Shown in pieces: positions 18,568 to 29,310 of a stretch of DNA of 36,784 nucleotides. Origin of the DNA: an uncultured Methanosarcinales archaeon (GTDB lineage Archaea; Nanobdellota; Nanobdellia; Woesearchaeales; CAZKBD01); the NCBI GenBank assembly GCA_964550945.1, contig CAZKBD010000008.1:1-36784 (forward strand), written 5' to 3'. The number at the start of each line of letters is the position of its first letter. Positions within the stretch are counted from its first letter, which is position 1. The position numbers were made by a program, and so were the translations under genes. Under the pieces are notes generated by a model. The model worked only from the letters and a program-made list of their open reading frames with translations, ran no database searches and was not told the origin of the DNA.

Positions 18568-20043
18568 CTACTTCTTAATTAATATCTTAACATAATTATC
18601 AACTTTTTCGAAATTAAACTTCAAATCATGTTTAAAGCAAAAACTGCCAATGGTTTCAACAGCAGGTAAATGATCAATTAATATTTCCAGGATTTGGCCT
18701 CTTTTTACCTTATCGATTACAGATTTTGAATGTTCTAAGGTAAAAGGGCAAATCTCACCCCTCAGATCTTCTCTTATAACGCCAGAATCCACACTCTCAA
18801 CAACCTGTGTTATGATTCCGCCGCCGGCAATATCATAATTATCAACTATAACAAATCTTCCTGTCACTTCATGATCAGCTGCAAGATCAAAGGCTATATC
18901 CTTTTTACAATAGATAATGCACTCTGCTACGTCATTTCTTTCAACCTGTTCTTTGCATGTAGCATTCAAATTAGTTGAATCTAATACTTTCAGTATTTTG
19001 TGAATTGAAATAGTGACTTCAAATGTAGTTAACTTAAGTTTGTATTCTTTATCTGTGGTCATGGGGTTTTTACCCATCCAAAATATATTTGCCTTGAATT
19101 CAGAACCAACGTAAGGCAGTTTTTCATAAACCTTACACATGATATCTCCTCTTTTAACATAAATCTGCTCCTTTAATGTGAATCCTGTAGAATGGCCGGC
19201 AGAAATGGTTTTTCTTGGCTTGATGTTAAATCCTTCTATTGAATTTATTTCAGACTCTTTTTTTGATGGCAGGAAAACAACTTTATCTCCAACATTTATT
19301 GATCCGGATTCAACTCTTCCAGCTATAATGCGCCTGTCATCATTAAACGCCGTAAACTTGTAAACCTCTTGTACTGGCAAGCGAAAATTTTGTTTTTCTA
19401 AAGATTCTGCTTTTTCAAAAGAGTCTAGTACAGATAATACCGTAAGGCCCTTAAACCACTCAAGATTACTTGAATGTTTTACAATATTGTCTCCTTCACG
19501 AGCTGAAATAGGGATAAATGCTTTTGGCACAATATTTATCTGATTAAGGAATTCTATATACTCTGTTTTTATTTTATTAAAGACTTTTTCATCATAATCA
19601 ACCAAATCCATCTTGTTTACACAAACCGCAACCTGTTTTATTCTGAGCATTGACAGCATATAGCCGTGCCTTTTTGAATTTTCTTTTATGCCTTCATTAG
19701 CATCAATAACAAGCAATGCTGCTTCTGCTCTTGCTGCCCCAGATATCATATTCTTCAAAAATTCAATATGCCCTGGCGCATCAATTATTATATACCCTCT
19801 TTTTTTACTCTTAAAAAAACATCTGGCTGTATCTATAGTAATGCCCTGGCTTTGTTCATCCTTTAAAGCATCAAGCAAATACGCATATTCAAAAGGCCTT
19901 GAATTTTTTTTACAATATTCTTTAACTTGCTCAAGCTTCCCTTTAGGTAAAGAGCCTGTATCAGCCAACAATCTGCCTATTACAGTGCTTTTACCATGGT
20001 CTACATGGCCAACAATAACAATATTCATATTTTGTTCCATCAC
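18568..20043 (-). CDS. cysN: Sulfate adenylyltransferase GTPase subunit with C-terminal TusA domain
   Basis: [32 protein letters not shown]-terminal DLRGEICPF TusA motif. Confidence 0.92.
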   Translation of the reverse strand: MMEQNMNIVIVGHVDHGKSTVIGRLLADTGSLPKGKLEQVKEYCKKNSRPFEYAYLLDALKDEQSQGITIDTARCFFKSKKRGYIIIDAPGHIEFLKNMISGAARAEAALLVIDANEGIKENSKRHGYMLSMLRIKQVAVCVNKMDLVDYDEKVFNKIKTEYIEFLNQINIVPKAFIPISAREGDNIVKHSSNLEWFKGLTVLSVLDSFEKAESLEKQNFRLPVQEVYKFTAFNDDRRIIAGRVESGSINVGDKVVFLPSKKESEINSIEGFNIKPRKTISAGHSTGFTLKEQIYVKRGDIMCKVYEKLPYVGSEFKANIFWMGKNPMTTDKEYKLKLTTFEVTISIHKILKVLDSTNLNATCKEQVERNDVAECIIYCKKDIAFDLAADHEVTGRFVIVDNYDIAGGGIITQVVESVDSGVIREDLRGEICPFTLEHSKSVIDKVKRGQILEILIDHLPAVETIGSFCFKHDLKFNFEKVDNYVKILIKK

Positions 20044-20921
20044 ATATACCCCTCCCTTCTTAGGGTTTCTAGGCCACCATTGTCTTCTTTATCCTGGTCT
20101 CTGCCAGATCGTTCTGCAATATTTGAAAATTTTCCGCTTTTTAATTCTTTAATAATCTCTTTTACAGTTTTAGCTGTTGATTCAACTGGTTTTGTACAAG
20201 GATAGCAGCCCAATGATCTGTATCTTAGGCCTTTGCCTTGGTCAAAATAAAGTTGGGTGATCGGAATATTTTCTCGTTCAATATATTCCCATATATCCAG
20301 TTCAGTCCAGTCTAACAAAGGATGCACCCTTATATGCGTTCCAGGAGCAAAATCTGTTTTAAATTGGTTCCATAGTTCAGGTGGCTGGTCAGACACGTCC
20401 CAGTCGCTGTGTTTGTCTCTCGGAGAGAAGTATCTCTCTTTAGATCTGCTGCCTTCTTCATCAGCCCTTGCGCCAACAATAACGCCAGTATAGGGCTCTT
20501 TATTCTCGTCTATTTCATACTTCTTAGTTTTATGATTAAACCTATACCTAGGCCATTCTCCTGATAATGTTTTTTTCAAAGCCTCTGTTTTTAATAATTT
20601 GCAGCAGGTTATTCTGTCTACCTTGCCATCTGGGAATGTTCGTTTCTGATTTAGAGCTTCTGCATTTTCTCCATAGATTATATTTAAGCCCAAATTCGCA
20701 GCCAATTCATCTCTAAATTTTATCATCTCCGGAATTTTGTAATGGGTATCAATATGAACTAATGGAAATGGGACATGGCCAAAAAAAGCTTTTCTTGCAA
20801 GCCACAGTAAAACAGTGCTATCCTTGCCAATGCTCCATAACATAACTAGATTCTTAAACTTACTATAAGCTTCTCTCAATATATATGCGCTTTGTTGTTC
20901 TAATTCTTCCAGATGATCCAT
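20040..20921 (-). CDS. cysD: Sulfate adenylyltransferase subunit 2
   Basis: [34 protein letters not shown], terminal EGYM. Confidence 0.95.
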   Translation of the reverse strand: MDHLEELEQQSAYILREAYSKFKNLVMLWSIGKDSTVLLWLARKAFFGHVPFPLVHIDTHYKIPEMIKFRDELAANLGLNIIYGENAEALNQKRTFPDGKVDRITCCKLLKTEALKKTLSGEWPRYRFNHKTKKYEIDENKEPYTGVIVGARADEEGSRSKERYFSPRDKHSDWDVSDQPPELWNQFKTDFAPGTHIRVHPLLDWTELDIWEYIERENIPITQLYFDQGKGLRYRSLGCYPCTKPVESTAKTVKEIIKELKSGKFSNIAERSGRDQDKEDNGGLETLRREGYM

Positions 20922-20922
20922 T

Positions 20923-21638
20923 TTAGTGTTTTACGTGCAATCCGCACTCCCTTTGTTCAGGATTTTCCCACCACCACCTGCCTGATCTAAAATCTTCACT
21001 TTCTTTAACAGCCCTGGTACAAGGCTCACATCCAATAGAGGGATACCCTTTATCATGCAGCTTGTTATAAGGGATATTATTTTTTTTGATGTAATCCCAG
21101 ACCTGATTATGATTCCAGTCTGCCAGTGGATTAAATTTGATAATTTTGTTTGTATCGTCAATTTCTATTTTATGTATATTTTTTCTTGTGACAACCTGCT
21201 CTTGTCTTAACCCGGTTATCCATGCCTTAAAGCCTAATAAGGCTCTTTTTAATGGCTCTACTTTTCTTATATTGCAGCATTCCTTCCTATTTTCAATGCT
21301 CTCCCTAAATGAAAAAAAGCCCTTTTCGCGCTCTAATTTTTCAACATCCTCTTTTTTTGGAAAATATGTGTTAATTTTTACGCCATATTTTTCTCTTATT
21401 TCTTCCATGACTTGGTAAGTTTCTTCATGTAATCTGCCTGTATCAATTGTAAAAACCGCTATAGCNNNNNNNNNNTAAATATTAAATCAATTAAAACAAC
21501 ATCCTCTGCTCCAAAACTTGATGCTAGCGCTATTTTGCCTTTGAAATTGTTTGATGCGAATTTTAGCACTTCGTCTGCTGGCTTATTATCAAATTCTTCC
21601 TGATCTATGGACTTTCCTTTTATTGTTATGCATCCCAT
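20923..21638 (-). CDS. cysH: APS/PAPS reductase, [4Fe-4S] APS-reductase type; interrupted by an assembly gap
   Basis: [42 protein letters not shown]; the two ORF-track pieces lie on either side of 10 Ns. Confidence 0.9.
21466..21475. other. Scaffold gap (10 N)
   Basis: Run of n in the sequence. Confidence 1.
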
Positions 21639-21704
21639 TTTTATTACTATTAATGAGGGCATTTTATAAAGCTTTTTGATTAGAATATTCTTATCGGAAT
21701 AATC

Positions 21705-22949
21705 CTAGAACATATTTATTACTCTGGATGTTTTTTTAAGCTCGTTTAAGGAGTGGGCTTTAGAAATAAAGCATGCCTCAAACTGGGATGGTGGGAAATA
21801 AACGCCACTTTGGAGCAAGCGCTTATGCAGCATGGCAAATTGCTTTGTATCAGATTGCAGCGCTTTTTTGCAGTTATCAATTTTTTTATTTTTATTAAAA
21901 AATAAGGTGAACATAGATGCAATATTGTTTATTTTGATTTTATTATTGTTGATGGAGTTTACGAAGCGGTCAGTATTGTTTTCGAGTTTTCTATAAATCG
22001 ATTTATTTTTTAGCAGTTTTAATGTTTCAATGCCTGCAGTAGTTGCAACCGGGTTGCCTGATAAGGTGCCTGCTTGATAAACGGGGCCATCTGGAGCTAG
22101 TAACTCCATGATCTCTTTTTTGCCGCCAAAGGCCCCTATTGGAAATCCCCCCCCGATTATCTTGCCTAGAATTGTTAAATCCGGTTTTAATCGGTAATAT
22201 TTCTGAGCTCCTCCATAACTGACTCTAAATCCTGTGATTACTTCATCAAAAATTAGGATAATATTATTATCTTGCGTAATTTCTCTAAGCCCCTGCAAAA
22301 AATTGGCTTCTGGCAAGACAACCCCTATATTTGCCGGTATAGGCTCTATTATTAATGCTGCTATATCATTTTGTTTTTTAATTATTTTTTTTAGTGAATT
22401 TAGGTTATTGTATTCTGCTACTAAAGTGTCTTTTCTTAAGGAATGGCTGATGCCTGCAGAACTGGCAATGCCAAATGTAGCCAGCCCAGAGCCAGATTTT
22501 ACCAACAAGCTGTCAACATGGCCATGGTAGCATCCATCAAACTTGATTACCTTATCTTTTTTTGCAAAGCCCCTTGCAAGCCTTAAAGCTGACATAACCG
22601 CTTCTGTTCCTGAATTAACAAGCCTTACTTTTTGTATTGAAGGAATAGCACCTACAATTTGTTTTGCTAATCTTGTTTCCTGTAATGTCGGCGCTCCAAA
22701 GCTTGTTCCATTTTGCACGGCTTTTTTAACTGATTTTATTATTCTAGGATGGGCGTGGCCTAAAATTAAAGGGCCAAAGGACATGCAGTAGTCTATAAAC
22801 TTTTTACCTCTAATATCATAAATCTTAGAGCCCATGCCTTTCTTAATAAACAAGGGCGTTCCATCTACTGCTTTAAATGCCCTTACCGGGCTGTTAACTC
22901 CGCCAGGGATATATTTTTTTGCTTCAATAAAATCTTTTGAGCTCATCAT
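21705..22949 (-). CDS. hemL: Glutamate-1-semialdehyde 2,1-aminomutase
   Basis: PGGVNSPVRAF, SGTEA, FDEVITGFR, GKIIGGG, YQAGTLSGNP. Confidence 0.97.
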   Translation of the reverse strand: MMSSKDFIEAKKYIPGGVNSPVRAFKAVDGTPLFIKKGMGSKIYDIRGKKFIDYCMSFGPLILGHAHPRIIKSVKKAVQNGTSFGAPTLQETRLAKQIVGAIPSIQKVRLVNSGTEAVMSALRLARGFAKKDKVIKFDGCYHGHVDSLLVKSGSGLATFGIASSAGISHSLRKDTLVAEYNNLNSLKKIIKKQNDIAALIIEPIPANIGVVLPEANFLQGLREITQDNNIILIFDEVITGFRVSYGGAQKYYRLKPDLTILGKIIGGGFPIGAFGGKKEIMELLAPDGPVYQAGTLSGNPVATTAGIETLKLLKNKSIYRKLENNTDRFVNSINNNKIKINNIASMFTLFFNKNKKIDNCKKALQSDTKQFAMLHKRLLQSGVYFPPSQFEACFISKAHSLNELKKTSRVINMF

Positions 22950-23808
22950 CGATTATTCTTTCAACCTTTTTTATTTCCGCTTTTTTCTTTTTTTTATTCT
23001 CATTAATTATTTTTTTAAAATAATCCAACCTTATTACTGTAATATTGTTCATATTATCAATGGATTCTTCAACATCTGGTGGCATAGCTAAATCAACTAT
23101 AACAAGCTTTTTGCTCGGGATGATATCTTTTTGGTATAACACATAGGTAGGGCACGCTGTTGCGCAAAAAACAATATGCGTTTTTTTTAGTAGATTTCGG
23201 ATAGCATCAAGCTTGGCTGCCTTTCCATCAACTTTTTTTGCTAAATCTTTTGCCCTCTTGTAATGCCTGTTTGAGACTATTATCTCATCAATTTTTTTTC
23301 TGTAAAATGCTTTGGCTATCTTGCCAGCCAGCATTCCAGAACCAATAATCAGCACTTTTTTGGGATTGTGCTCTTTGATTACAAACGCAACAGCAATTGA
23401 AGGGAGGGAGGTTTTGCCATGATTTATTTTCGTCTCTGATCTTGCCTTCTTTGCCAGCTTTAATGCCCTGTCAAATGCGAATTTTAGCTCTTTGTTGCAC
23501 CGGCTTTCTTTTATTGCTGCTTCAAGAGCATTTTTAACTTGTAATGCAATCTCGTTCTCCCCGATTATCATTGAATCAATACCGCAAGCTACCTTAAACA
23601 AGTGCCTTAAGGCTTCTTTATTTTTTCTTATTCTGCACAAGTTAAGTCTGATTGGCCTGTCCGAGTAAATTTCCGCCCTGTTGCAGGTTATTACAGATAC
23701 AAAATTTTGGTTTTTTATATTAGGAATCTCCCTGGCTATATCATTTATAGCTCTAGCTAAACTATCCGCTCCGATTTCTTTAAAACTTGTGCCTGTCTGG
23801 TATATCAT
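22924..23808 (-). CDS. hemA: Glutamyl-tRNA reductase (short form)
   Basis: TCNRAEIY, GIDSMIIGENEI, Rossmann IIGSG, DLAMPPDV; only 294 aa. Confidence 0.88.
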   Translation of the reverse strand: MIYQTGTSFKEIGADSLARAINDIAREIPNIKNQNFVSVITCNRAEIYSDRPIRLNLCRIRKNKEALRHLFKVACGIDSMIIGENEIALQVKNALEAAIKESRCNKELKFAFDRALKLAKKARSETKINHGKTSLPSIAVAFVIKEHNPKKVLIIGSGMLAGKIAKAFYRKKIDEIIVSNRHYKRAKDLAKKVDGKAAKLDAIRNLLKKTHIVFCATACPTYVLYQKDIIPSKKLVIVDLAMPPDVEESIDNMNNITVIRLDYFKKIINENKKKKKAEIKKVERIIDDELKRFY

Positions 23809-25115
23809 CTTAGTTTGTTTAGTTCGCCAATATCCGGCTTTTCAAGCATGAGGTCAACATGAATGCCAAGTTTTTTTGCTTCAATAGCAACTTTAGGGCC
23901 AATAATAACAATTGATTTTTTATTTAATTTATTTATCGGAACAATTCCAGATAGGTGATTTAGTATTTCTGAGCTTGTAGGAAAGACTATGTCCGCCCTA
24001 TCTACACAGTTTCTAATTGATTTGTTCTTTAAATAAATAGCGTCATAGCATAATATTTTCCTAAATCCTTTTATATTAGACTCTCTTGAACAAAAAACAA
24101 TAACATCTTTTTTGTTATACCTCTTAAGATGGCCCATTAACCCGCCAGACGTCTGCATTGCTGGAACAATTGCTTTTTTTCCATATAGTTCAATTGTTTT
24201 TCTTGTTATGTCCCCTATAGCGATGAATCTTCCTTGTAGGTTTAATTGAGAAAAAACAGATTTTACAGCATTAGGCGATGTAAAAGCATATATCTTATTT
24301 TGTGGGGCATCTTTTAGTTTTCTATATCTTATTTTTATTAATGGGATGTTAACAACTTCGAATTTGTTTAACCTTTTCTTAGTTTCTTTCTCATTCTCCT
24401 TCTGCCTAAACAATAATATCGTTTTTCCATCCAAATACCGTTTAATCTTTCCAATAACTAATAAAGATGGGGCTTCTATTTGCGCTTCTTCGGCTAATTG
24501 CAGGATGTTACCTATCTTTCCATTTATTACCCTATAGTTTTCCTTAAATGCATTCTCTATCAAGATAAAATCAGAATGGATATGCTTATTTTTTTGTTTT
24601 AATCTTTTTATTATTTTCTCTAATCTTGAAACAGGCATATAAAAAACCAGCGTATCTGAGCAGATTCCAGGATAATGTGATGTGTCATCTGTCCTGCTTC
24701 CGGTTATTAATGCTACAGAAGATGATGTTTTTCTGTATGTTAGGGGTATCTTTAATTTATCTAGAACCTGGAACGCGCTTATGCCTGGCATTACTTCAAC
24801 ATTAATTCGGTTATTTCTTAAAAACAAATATTCTTCATAACCTCTGCCAAAGATAAAGGGGTCTCCGCAATGCAGCCTTGCGATTTTTTTGTTTTTATAC
24901 CTAAGGAATAGTCTGTTTATTCTTTCCTGTTTTGAGCTTTCTCCTGGTTTTTTTCCAACATATATCTTTTTGGCTTTTTTGCTTATTTTTAGAATATCTT
25001 TATCGATTAATCTATCGTAGAGTATTATGTCTGCTTGTGTTATAGCAGTTATTGCTTCTAAAGTCAGATGTTCTTTACTGATTCCACAGCCAACTAGATA
25101 TACTTTGTTTTCCAT
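23805..25115 (-). CDS. cobA: Uroporphyrinogen-III C-methyltransferase fused to a HemD-like domain
   Basis: VYLVGCG, YDRL, GDPFIFGRG, PGISA; C-terminal FTSPNAV, AIG..T, IGP. Confidence 0.88.
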   Translation of the reverse strand: MENKVYLVGCGISKEHLTLEAITAITQADIILYDRLIDKDILKISKKAKKIYVGKKPGESSKQERINRLFLRYKNKKIARLHCGDPFIFGRGYEEYLFLRNNRINVEVMPGISAFQVLDKLKIPLTYRKTSSSVALITGSRTDDTSHYPGICSDTLVFYMPVSRLEKIIKRLKQKNKHIHSDFILIENAFKENYRVINGKIGNILQLAEEAQIEAPSLLVIGKIKRYLDGKTILLFRQKENEKETKKRLNKFEVVNIPLIKIRYRKLKDAPQNKIYAFTSPNAVKSVFSQLNLQGRFIAIGDITRKTIELYGKKAIVPAMQTSGGLMGHLKRYNKKDVIVFCSRESNIKGFRKILCYDAIYLKNKSIRNCVDRADIVFPTSSEILNHLSGIVPINKLNKKSIVIIGPKVAIEAKKLGIHVDLMLEKPDIGELNKLR

Positions 25116-25909
25116 TTTTTAATATCTTTTATAACTGAATCTTTATCTCCTGAAAAATTGGCTAATACCCGTTTATTATTTTGGTATACCAGGCCAACAA
25201 GATTAAATTTATGATTATATTCATCGTTATACCCGCAATACGCACCAACTGGTTTTTTACAGCCACCTAGATATTTAATAAATTCTCTTTCAAGCATACA
25301 GCAATCATACAATTTGTCTTTTTTGAACTTAATTTTGTCTTTTTTTCTCTTGACAACTGCAATAGCTCCTTGGCCTGCTGCTGGAACCATGTCCTTTATT
25401 GGAAATATTCTATTTTTTATTTTAATATTTAACCTATCTAAGGCGCATTTCGCGGTTATTATTGCATCATATTCCTTATTTTTTAGTTTTTTAATCCTTG
25501 TTGGGATATTCCCCCGTAGGGATTTAAATTTTACATTGGGATGTAAATGTTTTAACTCGTATTGCCTTCTTATACTGTCTGTTCCGATAAGTGCGTCTGG
25601 TTTTAGTTTACCTATCAAGCAATCTCTTGGATCATCTCTTCTAACAATTGAGGCGATCTCTAGATTCTTTGGGAAGCCATCTACAGGGATATCTTTTAGT
25701 GAATGGATAGCAACATCAATTTTTTTATTTAATAAGGCGTTGTCAAGTTCTTTGGTGAATATTGCAGTTCCGATCTTTTGCAGCGGTTTTTTTATGGTGC
25801 CCCCTTTTGTTTTTATTATCTTTATTTTGTAATTTTTTAATCTAAACCCATCAATAAACAATTCAACTTGCTTTAATGCTAATTTAGAGCCTCTAGTGCC
25901 TATTATCAT
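25094..25909 (-). CDS. hemC: Hydroxymethylbilane synthase
   Basis: IGTRGSKLA, HSLKD, LRGNIPTR, PAAGQG, GGCKKP cofactor Cys. Confidence 0.93.
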   Translation of the reverse strand: MIIGTRGSKLALKQVELFIDGFRLKNYKIKIIKTKGGTIKKPLQKIGTAIFTKELDNALLNKKIDVAIHSLKDIPVDGFPKNLEIASIVRRDDPRDCLIGKLKPDALIGTDSIRRQYELKHLHPNVKFKSLRGNIPTRIKKLKNKEYDAIITAKCALDRLNIKIKNRIFPIKDMVPAAGQGAIAVVKRKKDKIKFKKDKLYDCCMLEREFIKYLGGCKKPVGAYCGYNDEYNHKFNLVGLVYQNNKRVLANFSGDKDSVIKDIKKWKTKYI

Positions 25910-26831
25910 TCAACCACCTTAAAATCTCAAATGCGCCGTAACTAATAATAATATCAGCCCCTGCCCTTTTTATTCCGATTAGCGCTTCGTACAACAAATC
26001 CATGCCTTGATGTCTTAACATTACATATTCTCCACTGACATTGTATGCTGCTAAAGGGACATTAAATTTTTCTCTTGCTTTTGAGATAATGTCTAAATAG
26101 GCTAATGCTGGCTTTATCATGACAATATCCGCGCCCTCTTTGATATCAATCTCAATCTCTCTCAAAGCTTGCCTGCTGTTCCTAAAGTCCATCTGGTATG
26201 TCTTGCGGTCTTTTGGCCCATCCCTAGGTGTGGATTCTACAGCATCCCTAAATGGTCCGTAGAAGTTTGATGCAAATTTAGCTGAATATGACATTATTTT
26301 TGTTTTTTTGAACTCTGCTTTGTTTAGGGCTTCTCTAATTGATTTTACCTGGAAGTCCATCATTGCAGAAGGGCACACATAATCCGCACCTGCTTTGGCG
26401 TGGCTTACAGCAATTTTATTCAGCAGAGCTAAAGTTTCGTTGTTGTCGACATTATTGTTTTTTAAAACTCCACAATGCCCATGAGAAGTATATTGGCATA
26501 AGCAAACATCAGTATAAATTGGAATTTTAGAGATTGACTTTATTTTTTTTATTGTTTTTTGTATTATTCCAGTATCGCTGTAAGCTTCAGTGCCAAGATA
26601 ATCTTTTTTTGAGGGAATTCCAAACAATAAAATTCCTTTTAGATGTTTACATTCTTTTATTATCTCATGAATATCGTTTAGTGAATATCTAAATTGTCCT
26701 GGTAAGCTTGATATTGGCTCTTTTTTGCTTATATTTTCTTTAATAAAAATAGGATAGATGAAATCTTCAGGTTTAAGGGCTGTCTCACTAACCTTATCCC
26801 TGATTTCCTGGTTTTTTCTTAACTCCCTCAT
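25893..26831 (-). CDS. hemB: Porphobilinogen synthase (Zn type)
   Basis: DVCLCQYTSHGHCG, PSAMMD, YGPFRDA, MIKPA, YNVSGEY. Confidence 0.97.
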   Translation of the reverse strand: MRELRKNQEIRDKVSETALKPEDFIYPIFIKENISKKEPISSLPGQFRYSLNDIHEIIKECKHLKGILLFGIPSKKDYLGTEAYSDTGIIQKTIKKIKSISKIPIYTDVCLCQYTSHGHCGVLKNNNVDNNETLALLNKIAVSHAKAGADYVCPSAMMDFQVKSIREALNKAEFKKTKIMSYSAKFASNFYGPFRDAVESTPRDGPKDRKTYQMDFRNSRQALREIEIDIKEGADIVMIKPALAYLDIISKAREKFNVPLAAYNVSGEYVMLRHQGMDLLYEALIGIKRAGADIIISYGAFEILRWLNDNRH

Positions 26832-27253
26832 TTTATCATCGATTTAAGTTTTTTAACAACACTAGTTTTTTTGCCAAAAGAAGTAATCCCAATCCCTTTC
26901 TTTTTAACATAAGCTGGAAAAATGACATTTCCTTTAGAATGTTTGTCTGCTCTGCAAACCAGGCTGTTATTCTTTATTGATTTGGTTAATCTCTCATTGG
27001 TTTTTTTATCATTGGTTGCAATAATCACTAAAAAATAATCTTTGAAATTTATTTTTAGTTTATTGATATCTTTTTTTATTAATTTTAGATTTTTATTTTT
27101 TATTGGCCCCAATTTTTTATCAAAATCCATAGAAATGACTATGATTGTAGCTCCAGCTTTAAGCAAATATAAAGCCCGTCTAGAGCCTACTTTGCCACCC
27201 CCGATTATAAGGATTTTTTTATTCTTTAAATTTACAAATAAGGGATAGTACAT
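26828..27253 (-). CDS. sirC: Precorrin-2 dehydrogenase (SirC/CysG N-terminal type), short
   Basis: YPLFVNL, IGGGKVG, IATND, ADK..GNVIFPA. Confidence 0.82.
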   Translation of the reverse strand: MYYPLFVNLKNKKILIIGGGKVGSRRALYLLKAGATIIVISMDFDKKLGPIKNKNLKLIKKDINKLKINFKDYFLVIIATNDKKTNERLTKSIKNNSLVCRADKHSKGNVIFPAYVKKKGIGITSFGKKTSVVKKLKSMIK

Positions 27254-27489
27254 TATAATTTTGTGACAACAAACTCAAAAACTTCTTTACCTTCTTGCTC
27301 TTTTCTATTGAATTCAATAATCTTAGAGTTGGATCCTTTTACAACCATAGGTATAGATTCACAGCTTCTTTTGTCATCTGCAAGAATCCTCACTATATCG
27401 CCCTTTTTCAATTGTTCAAGTTTTTCCCTGGACTTTGCTTCAGGAATAGGGCATCTTGTTCCGATTAAATCTAGTGTTTGTTCGCTCAT
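27253..27489 (-). CDS. TusA/SirA-family sulfurtransferase
   Basis: LDLIGTRCPIP, ILADD. Confidence 0.88.
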   Translation of the reverse strand: MSEQTLDLIGTRCPIPEAKSREKLEQLKKGDIVRILADDKRSCESIPMVVKGSNSKIIEFNRKEQEGKEVFEFVVTKL

Positions 27490-28424
27490 TTTATTATGTT
27501 CTTTAGCTTTATGCCTTTTAACGCGTGTTTTTTGAATTCTTCTAAACCAACCTCCTCTATCATCTTGCCTACCCTAACTTTGGTTGGATACTTATTGAAA
27601 TATTCAAGAGTATTATCGAGAATCTTGAATGCTTCATCTTCTGTAACAAATTCTGCTATTTTATTTGCAAATCTTGGGAATTTTCCAACATTTCCGCCAA
27701 CATGAATGTTGTATCCATTCGCTCTCTCTCCAATAGCATCCAAGGGGCAGCATCTTAAGCAGACTCCGCAGTCAATGCATCTGCTGTAATCTATTACTGC
27801 TAGCTTATCTTCATTTATGGTTATACATTCAACTGGGCAGGCCTTTACGCAAACTTCACATCCAGTGCAATTCTCTAAAATATCTGGCCTAATAACTGCC
27901 ATAAGACCAAAATCTCTTATCTGGGGGAATACACATGAATTTGGACAGCCTGCAACTGAAGTCTTGAATTTATGTCTTGTGAATGTTCCAAAATATTTCT
28001 TATCAATCTTTCTTGCAAGTTTTTGAGTATCTGAATTGCCGTATATGCACTCGGGTATGGCAGGACATGCTGTAACATTTCTAAATGTTGCTGAGCATGA
28101 CCCAGGAGGCATGTTAATTTTTTCTAGCTCTTTGGTTATTGCCTCTTTATCTTTCCATTCAATATATGGAATTTGGAAATCCTGAACAGTGGTTAGTTTT
28201 ACCTTGACATAAGCATTTGGCGCATCTACTTCGTCTGCTTTTGAGTATTTTTCAGTTATTCTTGCTAATTCCCTAAGCTGATCCGGAGTTGCTTCTCCGC
28301 CAGGTAATCTTGTCCTTAGTGTGAAATATTTTGGGTCTCGCTGAACAAGATAGCCTTTTTTCTTAAAGCCTGCAAAATCATCTGACTTCAGCGTATCTAA
28401 TTTGACCCTATCTTTTTTTGCCAT
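27486..28424 (-). CDS. Small siroheme sulfite/nitrite reductase with 2[4Fe-4S] ferredoxin insert (Dsr-like/AsrC-like)
   Basis: RTRLPGG, RNVTACPAIPEC (CX5C), GCPNSC, CTGCEVCVKACP, CIDCGVCLRCCP; GGTGG SD before 28424. Confidence 0.85.
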   Translation of the reverse strand: MAKKDRVKLDTLKSDDFAGFKKKGYLVQRDPKYFTLRTRLPGGEATPDQLRELARITEKYSKADEVDAPNAYVKVKLTTVQDFQIPYIEWKDKEAITKELEKINMPPGSCSATFRNVTACPAIPECIYGNSDTQKLARKIDKKYFGTFTRHKFKTSVAGCPNSCVFPQIRDFGLMAVIRPDILENCTGCEVCVKACPVECITINEDKLAVIDYSRCIDCGVCLRCCPLDAIGERANGYNIHVGGNVGKFPRFANKIAEFVTEDEAFKILDNTLEYFNKYPTKVRVGKMIEEVGLEEFKKHALKGIKLKNIIK

Positions 28425-28433
28425 AAAAACCAC

Positions 28434-28979
28434 CTATGACTTATATTTTGGAACTTTTTTGTCTTTTATTTCATCATAAATTTTTTTAGGAACGCTAATA
28501 ATTAGCTCATCATCCTTGAATTTTCCATAAATGCGGGCGCCGCCACATAACAAAGTCAGATTAGGTTTTTGCTCATTATATACTTTTGCAATTGCTTCTC
28601 CAGATATTGCGGCTTCACACTTAAACTCTGGATTTAACACCTTAAGCAAAAAGGTCAACCTCATCCCTTGTTCTGGATTAACAATAAGGAGTACAACATC
28701 AGCACATTCAACAGGCCCGATCTTAACTGATTTTATTTTCTTTTTAATCCTTGGCTCATAATCTTTAATATATCTCGGCTCTTCAAAACCCAAAGAAACA
28801 TGAGAGTATGGATCTGTTAATGTGTCGCTTGTAACAATGAATGTTTTTCCTGTAGTGGCAGATTCTCTGACTAATTTATCAAAATACTCGGGTTTTTCTA
28901 TAGGCTTGCCTAGTAATTTCTCTGATAGGGTTATTCCTACTGGATTTAGTTTTAAACCTAATTCTTTTTTAAGTGGCAT
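28434..28979 (-). CDS. DUF169-like protein
   Basis: LGLKLNPVGI, DVVLLIVNPEQ, LLCGGAR, DDELIISVP. Confidence 0.7.
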   Translation of the reverse strand: MPLKKELGLKLNPVGITLSEKLLGKPIEKPEYFDKLVRESATTGKTFIVTSDTLTDPYSHVSLGFEEPRYIKDYEPRIKKKIKSVKIGPVECADVVLLIVNPEQGMRLTFLLKVLNPEFKCEAAISGEAIAKVYNEQKPNLTLLCGGARIYGKFKDDELIISVPKKIYDEIKDKKVPKYKS

Positions 28980-28980
28980 G

Positions 28981-29310
28981 TTATATTTTCTTTAATGACT
29001 TTTTGATTTTTTCTTTCAGGTCTTCTCCTGTGATTTCTCCTGTGAACCTTTCAATTTCCTTTCCTCTGTTGAAGATTACTATCGTCGGAACGCTTCTTAT
29101 CTCTAATTTTATTGCTGTAACTCTTTCATCTTCATCTATGTTGTACTTGGCAAAATCCAGCTCTTTAATTTCATTAGATGCTTTCTCAAATGTTGGAGCA
29201 AACCTTTTGCATGGAGCACACCAGCTGCCATAAAAGTCAATGATTATCGGCTTAGGATTATCTTTGCTGATTTTGTTTCTTATTGATTCTTTAGTTAGTT
29301 CTTCTACCAT
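28981..29310 (-). CDS. trxA: Thioredoxin
   Basis: WCAPC, IRSVPT. Confidence 0.93.
   Translation of the reverse strand: MVEELTKESIRNKISKDNPKPIIIDFYGSWCAPCKRFAPTFEKASNEIKELDFAKYNIDEDERVTAIKLEIRSVPTIVIFNRGKEIERFTGEITGEDLKEKIKKSLKKI

Noticed and set aside
20923..21662. cysH as a split gene or pseudogene
   Set aside because: The frame break coincides with the 10-N scaffold gap, and both halves carry intact motifs.
21705..27253. Heme or cobalamin biosynthesis
   Set aside because: The genes stop at sirohydrochlorin; no ahb, hemE/N/H or cbi genes are present in the window.
18568..28424. Dissimilatory sulfate reduction
   Set aside because: No sat, aprAB, dsrAB pair, dsrC or dsrMK. CysDN plus CysH plus cysteine synthase indicates assimilation.
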